A stretch of 24,000 nt of DNA from Propioniciclava coleopterorum (GTDB lineage: Bacteria > Actinomycetota > Actinomycetes > Propionibacteriales > Propionibacteriaceae): assembly GCF_011393335.1 (NCBI RefSeq), contig NZ_CP049865.1, positions 1,172,722 to 1,196,721 on the forward strand, given 5' to 3'. The notes beneath the pieces are model-generated. The model was given only the letters and a program-made list of their open reading frames with translations. It did not search any database and was not told the DNA's origin. Made by a program: the position numbers and the translations under genes. Positions 15,738 through 24,000 of this stretch are shown one piece after another. Each line of letters begins with the position of its first letter. The stretch's first letter is position 1.

Positions 15738-16641
15738 CCGACGCCCGCCGGTCGTGGCACCCGGGGCGTCCGGTCGATCTGGAGGCGCAGTGGTCGGCCT
15801 GGCGGAGGGGCGCCGGCGACCCCTCCTACCGGATCGTCGGCGCCGAGCACTGGCGGGCGCTGGTCACCCCGAGGGCGCCGCCACGCTGCGGGCGCGTCCG
15901 GACGGCGACGGCGTCGAGGCCACCGCGTGGGGGCCGGGCGCCACCTGGGCGCTGGACGCGCTGCCCGCGCTGCTCGGCGACGCCGACGACCCGGCCGGCT
16001 TCGAGCCGCGACACCCGGCGCTGCAGCGGGCGCACGCCGCTCGTCCGCACTGGCGGGTCGGACGCGGCGGCTCGGTGTGGGCCGCCCTGGTGCCCGCCGT
16101 GCTGGAGCAGAAGGTGACCGGCCAGGAGGCGTTCGCGGGCTACCGCAGGCTGCTGCGCCGCCACGGCACCGCCGCGCCGGGGCCCGGAGGGGAGCTGGGG
16201 CTGCGTCTGGTGCCCGACGCGGAGCGGCTGCGGACCATCCCGTCGTGGGAGTGGCTGAAGCTGCCCGCCGACGCCGCCCGCTCCGACGTGCTGCAGCGGG
16301 CCGCCCGGGTGGCGCCCGCCCTGGAGCGGACGCTCACCCTCCCCGGCCCGGACGCCGACCGCGCGCTCCGCAGCCTTCCGGGGCTGGGCGTGTGGACGTC
16401 GGCGGAGATCCGGCAGCGCGCGCACGGCGACGCGGACGCGTTGAGCGTCGGCGACTACCACGTGGCCCGCTCGATCACGTGGGCGCTGCTCGGCGAGGAG
16501 CGCGACGACGCCGCGATGCTGGAGCTCTTGGAGCCCTACGCCGGGCACCGCTACCGGGTGCAGCGGCTGCTCGAACTGGCGGGGACGGGACACCCGCGCC
16601 GCGGGGCGCGGATGGCGCCGCGGCGTCACCTACCCGGCTGA
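15734..16641 (+). pseudogene. AlkA-like DNA-3-methyladenine glycosylase (HhH-GPD superfamily); frameshifted as assembled (one base missing at C4 run 15867-15870)
   Basis: The GTG start overlaps the TauE stop as GTGA. The N-terminal part (VTDARRSWHPGRPVDLEAQWSAWRRGAGDPSYRIVGAEHWRALVTP) continues in the -1 frame (EGAATLRARPDGDGVEATAWGPGA...). The HhH motif is LPGLGVWTSAEI, followed by the catalytic-Asp context VGDYHV. Span is 908 = 3n+2. Confidence 0.7.
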
Positions 16642-16662
16642 ACCGGGGCCGAACACGCCGAA

Positions 16663-16705
16663 ACGGGACGAGGGCCGGACGCCGCGCGCCCGACCCTCGC
16701 CCCGT
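16663..16705. terminator. Imperfect hairpin between the convergent glycosylase and DUF4870 genes
   Basis: ACGGGACGAGGG (16663-16674) pairs with CCCTCGCCCCGT (16694-16705) in 11 of 12 positions, with a 19-nt loop. Confidence 0.4.
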
Positions 16706-16720
16706 TCGGGCGGCCCGTCC

Positions 16721-17275
16721 TCAGCTGAGGATCCGCAGCTGCCACGGGTAGGTGTACGGCTCACCGTTCCACGCCTTGAGGGCGCCGACGATGCCCAGCA
16801 CGATCGCGCCGAGGCTGCCGAGGATGATCATCGGGATGCCGATGATGGCGAGCACGACGGTGAAGCTGAGGATCCAGCCGATGATGCTGACCAGCGCCAT
16901 CGTGATGGAGAAGTTGAAGGCGCCCGCGGACGCGTTGCGCACGAACGGGGAGCTGTCCTTCTTCACCAGCCACACGATGAGCGGGCCGAGGAACGTGAGC
17001 CAGCCGGCGGAGACCACCGCGGCGATGGGCGCCGACAGGTGGGCGAGCATCGCCCACAGCCGGTCGTCACCGTTGGCCTTGCGCTGGTTCCCGCGGCCGT
17101 ACTGCGGCGAGGGGATCTGCGAGTACGACGGCGGCACCTGGGAGTACGGGTTGCTGGAGTACGAGGAGCGGCCGGCGTCCGCGTTCGGGAACGGCGGGGG
17201 CGCGTCCATCGGGTTCGCCCAGGGGTTGCCGCCCTGGGGGCTCTGCTGCTGGTTCTGGGCGTTCGGATCGGTCAT
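16721..17275 (-). CDS. DUF4870-family membrane protein with a Pro/Gln/Ser-rich N-terminal tail
   Basis: 184 aa. The family-typical core is LWAMLAHLSAPIAAVVSAGWLTFLGPLIVWLVKKDSSPFVRNASAGAFNFSITMAL...ALKAWNGEPYTYPWQLRIL. Confidence 0.75.
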   Translation of the reverse strand: MTDPNAQNQQQSPQGGNPWANPMDAPPPFPNADAGRSSYSSNPYSQVPPSYSQIPSPQYGRGNQRKANGDDRLWAMLAHLSAPIAAVVSAGWLTFLGPLIVWLVKKDSSPFVRNASAGAFNFSITMALVSIIGWILSFTVVLAIIGIPMIILGSLGAIVLGIVGALKAWNGEPYTYPWQLRILS

Positions 17276-17390
17276 GTATCCAGAATGCGGCAGCCTCCCG
17301 CGCGGGGGAAGGGGTGCAGGGGATGCTTCAGGGAGCGCTCCGGGTGAGCCCGAACCAGCACCCTGACAAGGCCGGGCGCCGAGGGAGGCG

Positions 17391-18217
<827 letters not shown>

Positions 18218-18222
<5 letters not shown>

Positions 18223-18499
18223 TCTGGTTGTAGAACGAGCCCGTCAGGTGTTCGAGGTCGTCGATGGCGGTCACGCCGGGAGGGGCGATCACCAGCACGT
18301 AGGCGGTGACCCGGTCGATGTTGCCCTGCAGGCCGAAGACCAGCCCGGAGACGAAGTCGACCAGGCGGTGCATGTCCTCGGCGTCCATGCCGGTCAGGTC
18401 CAGCACGACGACGTCGCCGGCGCGCACGTGCTCGCCGATCAGCCGCGAGTCGCGGTAGGACGCCGGGTGAAGCACGGCGATGCTGCGGGGCTGCGCCAT
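18218..18499 (-). CDS. sepF: Short SepF-like (DUF552) cell-division protein consisting of the FtsZ-binding core only
   Basis: 93 aa from ATG 18499, with SD GGAGAGGAG 7 nt upstream; TTG 18502 is in the track. The core IAVLHPASYRDSRLIGEHVRAGDVVVLDLTGMDAEDMHRLVDFVSGLVFGLQGNIDRV matches the SepF C-terminal domain pattern. No N-terminal amphipathic helix or linker is present. Confidence 0.7.
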
Positions 18500-18630
18500 C
18501 AAGGGACTCCTCTCCTGCCGGACAGTCTTTCAGAGCCCCCGCGCCGTCGGGCGGCAACCCGCCGGGCACCGGGGTTGCCAACGTTGTGAAACCCCCAGCA
18601 TCGCGCCTTGAAACGGTTGAAAATGGAGTC

Positions 18631-21600
18631 ATGGAAGCTCCGTCGACCGCCGCCATCAACCTCCGCCTCGCTCTGCTGGGTCAGCCCCTCGTGGACGCCG
18701 ACGACCTGGCCAACGACCGCACCATCGCCCCGCTCCTGGCGCGGCAGCGCGAGATGTCCCGCCGCCTGTCCGAGCGCCTCAGCCCCGTCGATCAGCGCAT
18801 CCAGGCGTTCCTGGACGACTTCCTGCAGGGAACGTCGGTCTCCCCCGAACTCCCCCGCCGCACCCTCGTGCTCGACCAGCCGGGCATGGCGCGCGAGTTG
18901 TCGCTGCCGGTGCACGGCGACGAGTTCAGCTCCGAACTGCTGTCGAGCTACCGGCTGCTGAACGGCGTCCTGCACAACCCGGCCAACGACCGCCGCACCA
19001 CCGCGGGCGTGTTCCACGTCGCCGAGGGCGGCCTGCCGATCCCCGACGACAAGATCGCGGTCGACCGCGACGTCGCCGCCCGCATCTTCGCGGCCGCGTT
19101 CGACGCGCCGGCCGAGGCGCTGCGCCTGCCCTGGTCGTCCGCGGCCGCCCAGCCCGCCGAGTGCTTCGTGTCGCTGCTGCTGCGTCCGACCGTCGTCCCC
19201 GGTGTGGAGGGCGTCACGACCGACAAGTCGCTGGAGGTCCGCTTCATCGTGCCCGGCGGCATGGTCGCCAACCTCGACTTCGTCGAGTCGATCTTCGGCA
19301 ACGCCGGCGACCCCTACCTGCCCGAGAACGACTCCTCGCTCGACCCCGAGCACTGGACCGGGCACACCGGCCTGGTGGTGCTGGCGCCGCACCTGACGGC
19401 GCTCACCAAGAAGGAACTCGGGATGCCGCACGTGAGCGAGGCCACCGAGCGCCAGAAGCGCGACGGGCAATGCTGGGAGACCGAGGACGAGCGCTACAAC
19501 GGTGGCTCGGCCTTCAAGTTGTGCCTGCGCGACGCCCGCGGCGTCATCGCCACCGTGATCGCGGACAACTACTTCGGGTACTGCAAGAAGGAGGTCAAGA
19601 CCCAGATCTCCTACTCCGCCAACCTCTACGGCAACGCCGAGGAGGAGCACGCCGGCGGCGCCGTCGTCTTCCCGGCTTACAACCTGGGCACCGAGTGGAC
19701 CGACGACCGGACTCCCGAGGGCTACACGCTCGCCGACGTCGTGGCGCGCGACCCGGAGGCGTTCGAGGTGCACCCCGAGGGGCACGCGACCGTGGTGGCG
19801 TGGCCGCACATCACGGTGGTCCCCCGCGGCGCGACCTTCTCGATGCGCGAGCAGTCCATCACCTGGGGCGACGGCGAGGACCGGCGCACCATCAAGCTGC
19901 TGGCCGACCACACCTACATGACGCCGAGCGGCTATCGCGTGCACGCCAAGCACCGGGAGACCGATCAGCGGCAGTGGCACCTCGTCGGCACTTCCTCGAC
20001 GCCGACGCACTGCCACAAGCCCGCGACGGTGTCGGGCGGCGGCAAGTCCGAGATCAGCAAGTCGATCCTGGACGCCTTCGTCTTCGGGTCGGTGTTCACC
20101 GCCGACTTCGGGGCGGACATGGACCAGGTGCAGGCGCTGATCGACCGCGACTACTCCGAGCGGTTCGCCGACGCCGGCCGCAACGGGACCGACCACCGCG
20201 GCATCCTCAGCCCGGAGCGCTCGCTCGGCTCGGTCATCAAGCTCATGACGACCTCGCGCCGCTTCACGGCCGAACACAACGCGTTCCTGGCCACGATCCC
20301 CGAGCACGTCAAGGAACTGCTGTTCACCGTCAAGCGGTTCTACAAGCCCGAGTGGGGCACGCAGTGGCGCGAGCACTTCAGCGTCATGATGCTCAACGGC
20401 CGCGAGGGCAACGAGGTGCGCCTCGACGGCGCCGAGATCGTCGCCAACTACCTGCGCGTGGGCTTCGAGGCGGACGGCTCCTGGCGGCTGTTCTCGCTGC
20501 GTCCGGACTTCTCGGCCGCCGCGAAGGTGCAGTCCGAGGATGACATCACCGCCTCCACGGTCGTGCCGGGCTCGGCGGTGCCGGCCTCGGACGTCCCCGC
20601 CGAACTGTCGCGCAAGATCGTGCAGAACTGCGAGCGGCTGCTGTTCCAGCGTCCGGACGACGCCATCCACCGCGGCTACGACAAGCAGACCGAGAAGGAC
20701 ATGGCGCGCGAGGGCACGTTCATCTCCAACTTCCAGCCGCTGACCCACGACGACGCCCGCGCGATGGTCGAGGACGTCCAGGCGCAGTCGGAGTTCACCG
20801 AGCCGATGGCCGACCTCATCGAGAAGGCGGCGTCCCTGCCCCAGGACGCGTCGCCGGAGTACTTCGTGTGCTCCGCCGAGCCCCGCATCGTGAACGGCAA
20901 GCGGTCCAAGAACCCGCGCTACCTGCAGGTGCGCCCCGACCTGTCCAACCCGGACGCCACGGCGTCCGCGGACGTCTCGCTGCACCTGCTGCGCCAGGTG
21001 TCGCTCGCCGAGCAGTGCCCCGCGCCGGTGGACGTGGTGGCCGCCGGCCGCCGCAACAACGCCGCCGAGCCGGGCGTGCCGCCGCTGTGCACGTACAACC
21101 CGCTGCACTACATGGAGTTGCCCGAGCTGTTCATGGAGTTCATCAGCTCCATGACCGGCAAGTCGCCCTCCACGACGGGCGCGGGCTCCGAGGGCGCCAT
21201 GACCAAGGGCCCGTTCAACGCGCTGCCGGCGATCTTCGACCTGAACGCCGCGTTCCTGTCGTTCGCCCTGACCGGCTACGACGGCTGGCTGTCCTCGGCC
21301 GGGACCATCGGGCCCCGGATGCGGATCGACCACGACTTCTCGCTGCTGGTGCCCGAAGTGTTCAGCCGGATGACGCCCAAGGAACGGGACGCGGCCACGC
21401 TGATCGAGCAGGGCTACCTGGAGCGGTTGACCGACTTCGAGCACGACGGCGAGCAGGTCCTGGCCAGCCGCCTGGGCTACCGCATGAACGAGGCCTTCGC
21501 CACACAGTTCTTCGGCCGGATCTTCCTGCACCCGGACGTGGTCTTCACCTCCGAGATGCTCAAGCCCGAGACCCAGGACCTGGACACGTTCGCCACGTCG

Positions 21601-22023
21601 ATGGCCACCATCGTCAAGACCCACCAGCGCGTCGCGCAGGCCTACTTCGACGACGGCACCATCTCCGAGGCGATCCCGCCGCTGCGCGGCCTGCTGGAGA
21701 TCATGGCCACCGGCACCACCGCCGACGGCCTCACCCTCGACGACGCCGCGTTCCGCGACCAGTTCACGCGCGACGCGGTGCTGGCCGCCGACTGGTACGC
21801 CGCCCGCCTGGACGCCAAGCGCGACGAGGACCTCGCCCACCAGGAGCGCAGCGCGCACGACCTGCGGCACTTCCTGGGGCAGGAGGCCAACGCCGAGGCC
21901 GCCGAGCGGCTGGGCCTGGCCGAGCGGCTCGCCGAGATCGAGGAGGCCATCGAGGCGATGTCGGGCCAGGAGTACCGCGACTCGCTCGTCGGCACGATCG
22001 GACGCCAGCCGCTGAGCCGCTGA
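18631..22023 (+). CDS. Large (about 1,130 aa) soluble protein with a PEPCK-like kinase-1a P-loop; candidate PPi-dependent phosphoenolpyruvate carboxykinase family
   Basis: Single uninterrupted high-GC3 ORF. The start is ATG 18631 (GGAG just upstream) or GTG 18586. There is no TM segment or signal peptide. KPATVSGGGKSEISKS resembles the ATP-PEPCK motif GLSGTGKTTLS, and ADNYFGYCKKE recalls FNFEGGCYAK. Size and actinobacterial host match the described PPi-PEPCK family. The assignment is from memory of that family, not from an alignment. Confidence 0.45.
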   Translation: MEAPSTAAINLRLALLGQPLVDADDLANDRTIAPLLARQREMSRRLSERLSPVDQRIQAFLDDFLQGTSVSPELPRRTLVLDQPGMARELSLPVHGDEFSSELLSSYRLLNGVLHNPANDRRTTAGVFHVAEGGLPIPDDKIAVDRDVAARIFAAAFDAPAEALRLPWSSAAAQPAECFVSLLLRPTVVPGVEGVTTDKSLEVRFIVPGGMVANLDFVESIFGNAGDPYLPENDSSLDPEHWTGHTGLVVLAPHLTALTKKELGMPHVSEATERQKRDGQCWETEDERYNGGSAFKLCLRDARGVIATVIADNYFGYCKKEVKTQISYSANLYGNAEEEHAGGAVVFPAYNLGTEWTDDRTPEGYTLADVVARDPEAFEVHPEGHATVVAWPHITVVPRGATFSMREQSITWGDGEDRRTIKLLADHTYMTPSGYRVHAKHRETDQRQWHLVGTSSTPTHCHKPATVSGGGKSEISKSILDAFVFGSVFTADFGADMDQVQALIDRDYSERFADAGRNGTDHRGILSPERSLGSVIKLMTTSRRFTAEHNAFLATIPEHVKELLFTVKRFYKPEWGTQWREHFSVMMLNGREGNEVRLDGAEIVANYLRVGFEADGSWRLFSLRPDFSAAAKVQSEDDITASTVVPGSAVPASDVPAELSRKIVQNCERLLFQRPDDAIHRGYDKQTEKDMAREGTFISNFQPLTHDDARAMVEDVQAQSEFTEPMADLIEKAASLPQDASPEYFVCSAEPRIVNGKRSKNPRYLQVRPDLSNPDATASADVSLHLLRQVSLAEQCPAPVDVVAAGRRNNAAEPGVPPLCTYNPLHYMELPELFMEFISSMTGKSPSTTGAGSEGAMTKGPFNALPAIFDLNAAFLSFALTGYDGWLSSAGTIGPRMRIDHDFSLLVPEVFSRMTPKERDAATLIEQGYLERLTDFEHDGEQVLASRLGYRMNEAFATQFFGRIFLHPDVVFTSEMLKPETQDLDTFATSMATIVKTHQRVAQAYFDDGTISEAIPPLRGLLEIMATGTTADGLTLDDAAFRDQFTRDAVLAADWYAARLDAKRDEDLAHQERSAHDLRHFLGQEANAEAAERLGLAERLAEIEEAIEAMSGQEYRDSLVGTIGRQPLSR

Positions 22024-22031
22024 CGCATCCC

Positions 22032-22076
22032 GCCGCGCCCGCGGCGTCCGCCTGGTTCGGACGCCGCGGGCGCGGC
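22032..22076 (+). terminator. Very strong terminator hairpin after the 1,130-aa gene
   Basis: Positions 22032-22050 are perfectly complementary to 22058-22076, giving a 19-bp GC-rich stem with a 7-nt loop (CCTGGTT). The stem starts 9 nt after the stop codon. Confidence 0.8.
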
Positions 22077-22161
22077 CGTCCGGGTCGGAAAGCGGGACCG
22101 ACAGGGCCGTACGATGGGCAACCGCGGCGGTGATCCGGGCTCCGCATGATAGGAGTGGGCC

Positions 22162-23607
22162 GTGGAGGACAGGAACATCATCCGGCTACCGGGCGTCGAG
22201 CGGACGTTTCACCGGTACAAGATCCTGTTCGTCCTGCTGCTGCCGCTGGCGATGTCGCTCATGGCGATCTCGGCGGTCAACGTGGCGCTGCCCACGATCG
22301 AGCACGGCCTGGGCGCCACCCCCACCGACGTGCAGTGGATCCTGTCGGGCTACGCACTGACCTTCGGCGTCTCGCTGATCCCGTCGGGACGCGCCGGCGA
22401 CGTCATGGGCCGCGGCACGCTGTTCATCGCCGGGCTGGTGCTGTTCGTGCTCGCCGCGCTGGCGTGCGGGCTGGCGACCACGCCGGAGCTTCTGAACCTC
22501 GCCCGCCTCGTGCAGGGCCTGGGCGCGGGCATGTTCAGCCCGCAGGTCACCGGCATGATCCAGCAGTACTTCACCGGCGGCGGCCGGGCCAAGGCGTTCG
22601 CGCTGTTCGGCCTGGTCATCTCGGTGGCGGTCGCCATCGGTCCGGTCCTGACGGGCGCCATCATCAGCGCGCTGGGACCCGAGTCGGGCTGGCGCTGGGC
22701 GTTCCTGCTCTACACGCCGGTCGGCCTGCTCGGGATCATCCTCGCGACCGCCTGGTTCCCCTTCGAGACCGAGCGCGCGCGCCGGGCCGCAGGCCGCGGC
22801 GGCGGCCGCGTCCGGCTCGACCTCGACCCGGTCGGGACGCTGCTGCTCACCGCGACGATCCTGTGCGTGATGTTCCCGTTCATGGCGCACGCCGCCTGGG
22901 CCTGGTTCCTGCTGCTGGCCGCGCCGCTCCTGGCGTGGGGCTGGATGCTGTGGGAGAAGCGGTACGCCGCCCGCGGCCACGACCCGATGGTGGACCTCAA
23001 CCTGTTCCGGTTCCGCTCGTTCCGCAACGGGATGCTCGTCTCCGGCACGATGTTCCTCGGCGTCGCCAGCACCTTCGCGGTGCTCGCGCTGTTCCTGCAG
23101 TCGGGCCTGGGCCTCGGCGCGCTGGAGACCGGCCTGATCGGGCTGCCGAACGCCATCGTCAGCGGCTACTCGTCGCTGTGGTCGGTGAAGTACGTCATGG
23201 GACGCGGCCGGCGCCTGGTGGTGGCGATGATGCTGCTGATGGCCCTGGGCACCGTGCTGAGCATCCTGGTCGCCGTCCTGATCCCGCTGGGGGCGCCGTG
23301 GTGGCTGCTCGGCCTCACGCTGGCGCTGAACGGCTTCGGGATGGGCGCGATCGGGTCGGCCAACCAGACGCTGGCGATGCAGTCGGTCCCGGCGCGCCAC
23401 GGCGGCACCGCCGGCGGGCTCAAGCAGACCCTGGAGCGCATCGGGGCCGCGCTCGGCAACGCGGTGGTCACCGGCCTGCTGTTCGGCCTGGTGCAGGCCG
23501 GCATGGGCTGGACGTTCGCCTTCATCGGCGCCTACGTCGCCATCGCGATCTTCATCCTGTGCGCGGCGACCCTGGCCGTGGTGGACGAGCGGCAGCACCG
23601 CGCCTGA
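22162..23607 (+). CDS. MFS transporter, DHA2 (EmrB/QacA-like, 14-TMS) drug/H+ antiporter family
   Basis: 481 aa. The GTG start has GGAG 6 nt upstream. The N-terminal pattern is MAISAVNVALPTIEHGLGATPTDVQWILSGYALTFG and motif A is GRAGDVMGRG. About 14 hydrophobic segments are present. Confidence 0.85.
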   Translation: MEDRNIIRLPGVERTFHRYKILFVLLLPLAMSLMAISAVNVALPTIEHGLGATPTDVQWILSGYALTFGVSLIPSGRAGDVMGRGTLFIAGLVLFVLAALACGLATTPELLNLARLVQGLGAGMFSPQVTGMIQQYFTGGGRAKAFALFGLVISVAVAIGPVLTGAIISALGPESGWRWAFLLYTPVGLLGIILATAWFPFETERARRAAGRGGGRVRLDLDPVGTLLLTATILCVMFPFMAHAAWAWFLLLAAPLLAWGWMLWEKRYAARGHDPMVDLNLFRFRSFRNGMLVSGTMFLGVASTFAVLALFLQSGLGLGALETGLIGLPNAIVSGYSSLWSVKYVMGRGRRLVVAMMLLMALGTVLSILVAVLIPLGAPWWLLGLTLALNGFGMGAIGSANQTLAMQSVPARHGGTAGGLKQTLERIGAALGNAVVTGLLFGLVQAGMGWTFAFIGAYVAIAIFILCAATLAVVDERQHRA

Positions 23608-23747
23608 CCCCACCCACGACCGGCGACCGGCCGTCGAACCCAGCCGCGCGCCGGGTCCCGGCCCGTGAGAGGTGCGGGTGGCGCCCGCGGCGTCCGGCGG
23701 GGTGCTCGAGCGGTCGGGCGGCGTCCGGGACGAGGCCGCCGGCGGGG

Positions 23748-24000
23748 TCAGAACCCGGCGAACCGGACGGCCGCGGCGGCGAGCGCGCCGACCAGCACCA
23801 CCACGATGTAGGGGGCGCGCAGCCACAGCGCGACCGCCGCGGCGGCCAGGGCGGCGATGCGCGCGTCCAGGACGACGGCGGTGCCGGTGACGAGGGTGTT
23901 CACCGTCACCAGCGAGGTGAGCAGCCCGACGGTCATGCCGGCCGACACGGTCGTCACCCAGGGGCGCTCCAGCAGCGAGTCGGGCACGAGGAAGCCGGAC
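23748..24000 (-). CDS. azlD: AzlD-like branched-chain amino acid transport protein, 3' portion (5' end outside the window)
   Basis: The frame stays open to the window edge (…SGFLVPDSLLERPWVTTVSAGMTVGLLTSLV…). The product is small and hydrophobic with an AzlD-like pattern. Stop TGA at 23748-23750. Confidence 0.55.
   Translation of the reverse strand, partial: SGFLVPDSLLERPWVTTVSAGMTVGLLTSLVTVNTLVTGTAVVLDARIAALAAAAVALWLRAPYIVVVLVGALAAAAVRFAGF

Noticed and set aside
18553-18579. Hairpin GGCAACCC-N11-GGGTTGCC between the sepF-like gene and the 1,130-aa gene
   Set aside because: It is real as an inverted repeat, but it is short, lies between divergent genes (so it is not a terminator), and nothing supports a specific function.
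18499-21870. 1,123-aa minus-strand ORF opposite the 1,130-aa gene
   Set aside because: It is a shadow ORF with biased composition (G/R/V/A/D/L/H-rich) and no motifs. The plus-strand frame has protein-like sequence diversity, an RBS and a terminator.
22186-23826. 546-aa minus-strand ORF opposite the MFS transporter, and similar antisense ORFs (12525-14066 +, 8376-9797 +, 6532-7584 +, 15826-16629 -)
   Set aside because: All are antisense to genes with clear family signatures and have Arg/Gly/Pro/Asp-dominated translations.

Overview
This is a very GC-rich chromosomal window with actinobacterial-type codon usage, third codon positions being almost all G/C. It is nearly fully coding. I can support 20 protein genes and no rRNA, tRNA, CRISPR, IS or phage genes. 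Gene order, left to right: ptsI 3' end (+); GH2 beta-galactosidase (+); a convergent operon of a mannitol-type PTS EIICBA plus a Zn-dependent MDR dehydrogenase (-); a pentapeptide-repeat protein (-) divergent from a PadR regulator (+); a codirectional minus-strand block of histidine kinase, response regulator and an FbpA/AfuA-type ABC importer (lipoprotein SBP, fused double permease, ATPase); a 188-aa orphan (-); a TauE/SafE permease overlapping an AlkA-like HhH-GPD glycosylase (+); a DUF4870 membrane protein, an Rpf muralytic factor and a short SepF-like protein (-); a stand-alone protein of about 1,130 aa (+); a DHA2 MFS transporter (+); and the azlD 3' part (-). Three observations stand out. 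(i) The 1,130-aa protein carries a PEPCK-like P-loop, and I interpret it as a candidate PPi-dependent PEPCK, a family usually annotated as hypothetical. (ii) The rpf leader contains five alternating CUGAG/CUCAG elements and two anti-Shine-Dalgarno segments, which suggests an RNA switch. (iii) Four genes (PadR, SBP, the orphan, AlkA-like) are each broken by exactly one missing base in a C/G homopolymer at a proline codon. This looks like systematic homopolymer under-calling in the assembly rather than real pseudogenisation. Many very long ORFs in the supplied track are antisense shadow ORFs, as expected in high-GC DNA, and were rejected.
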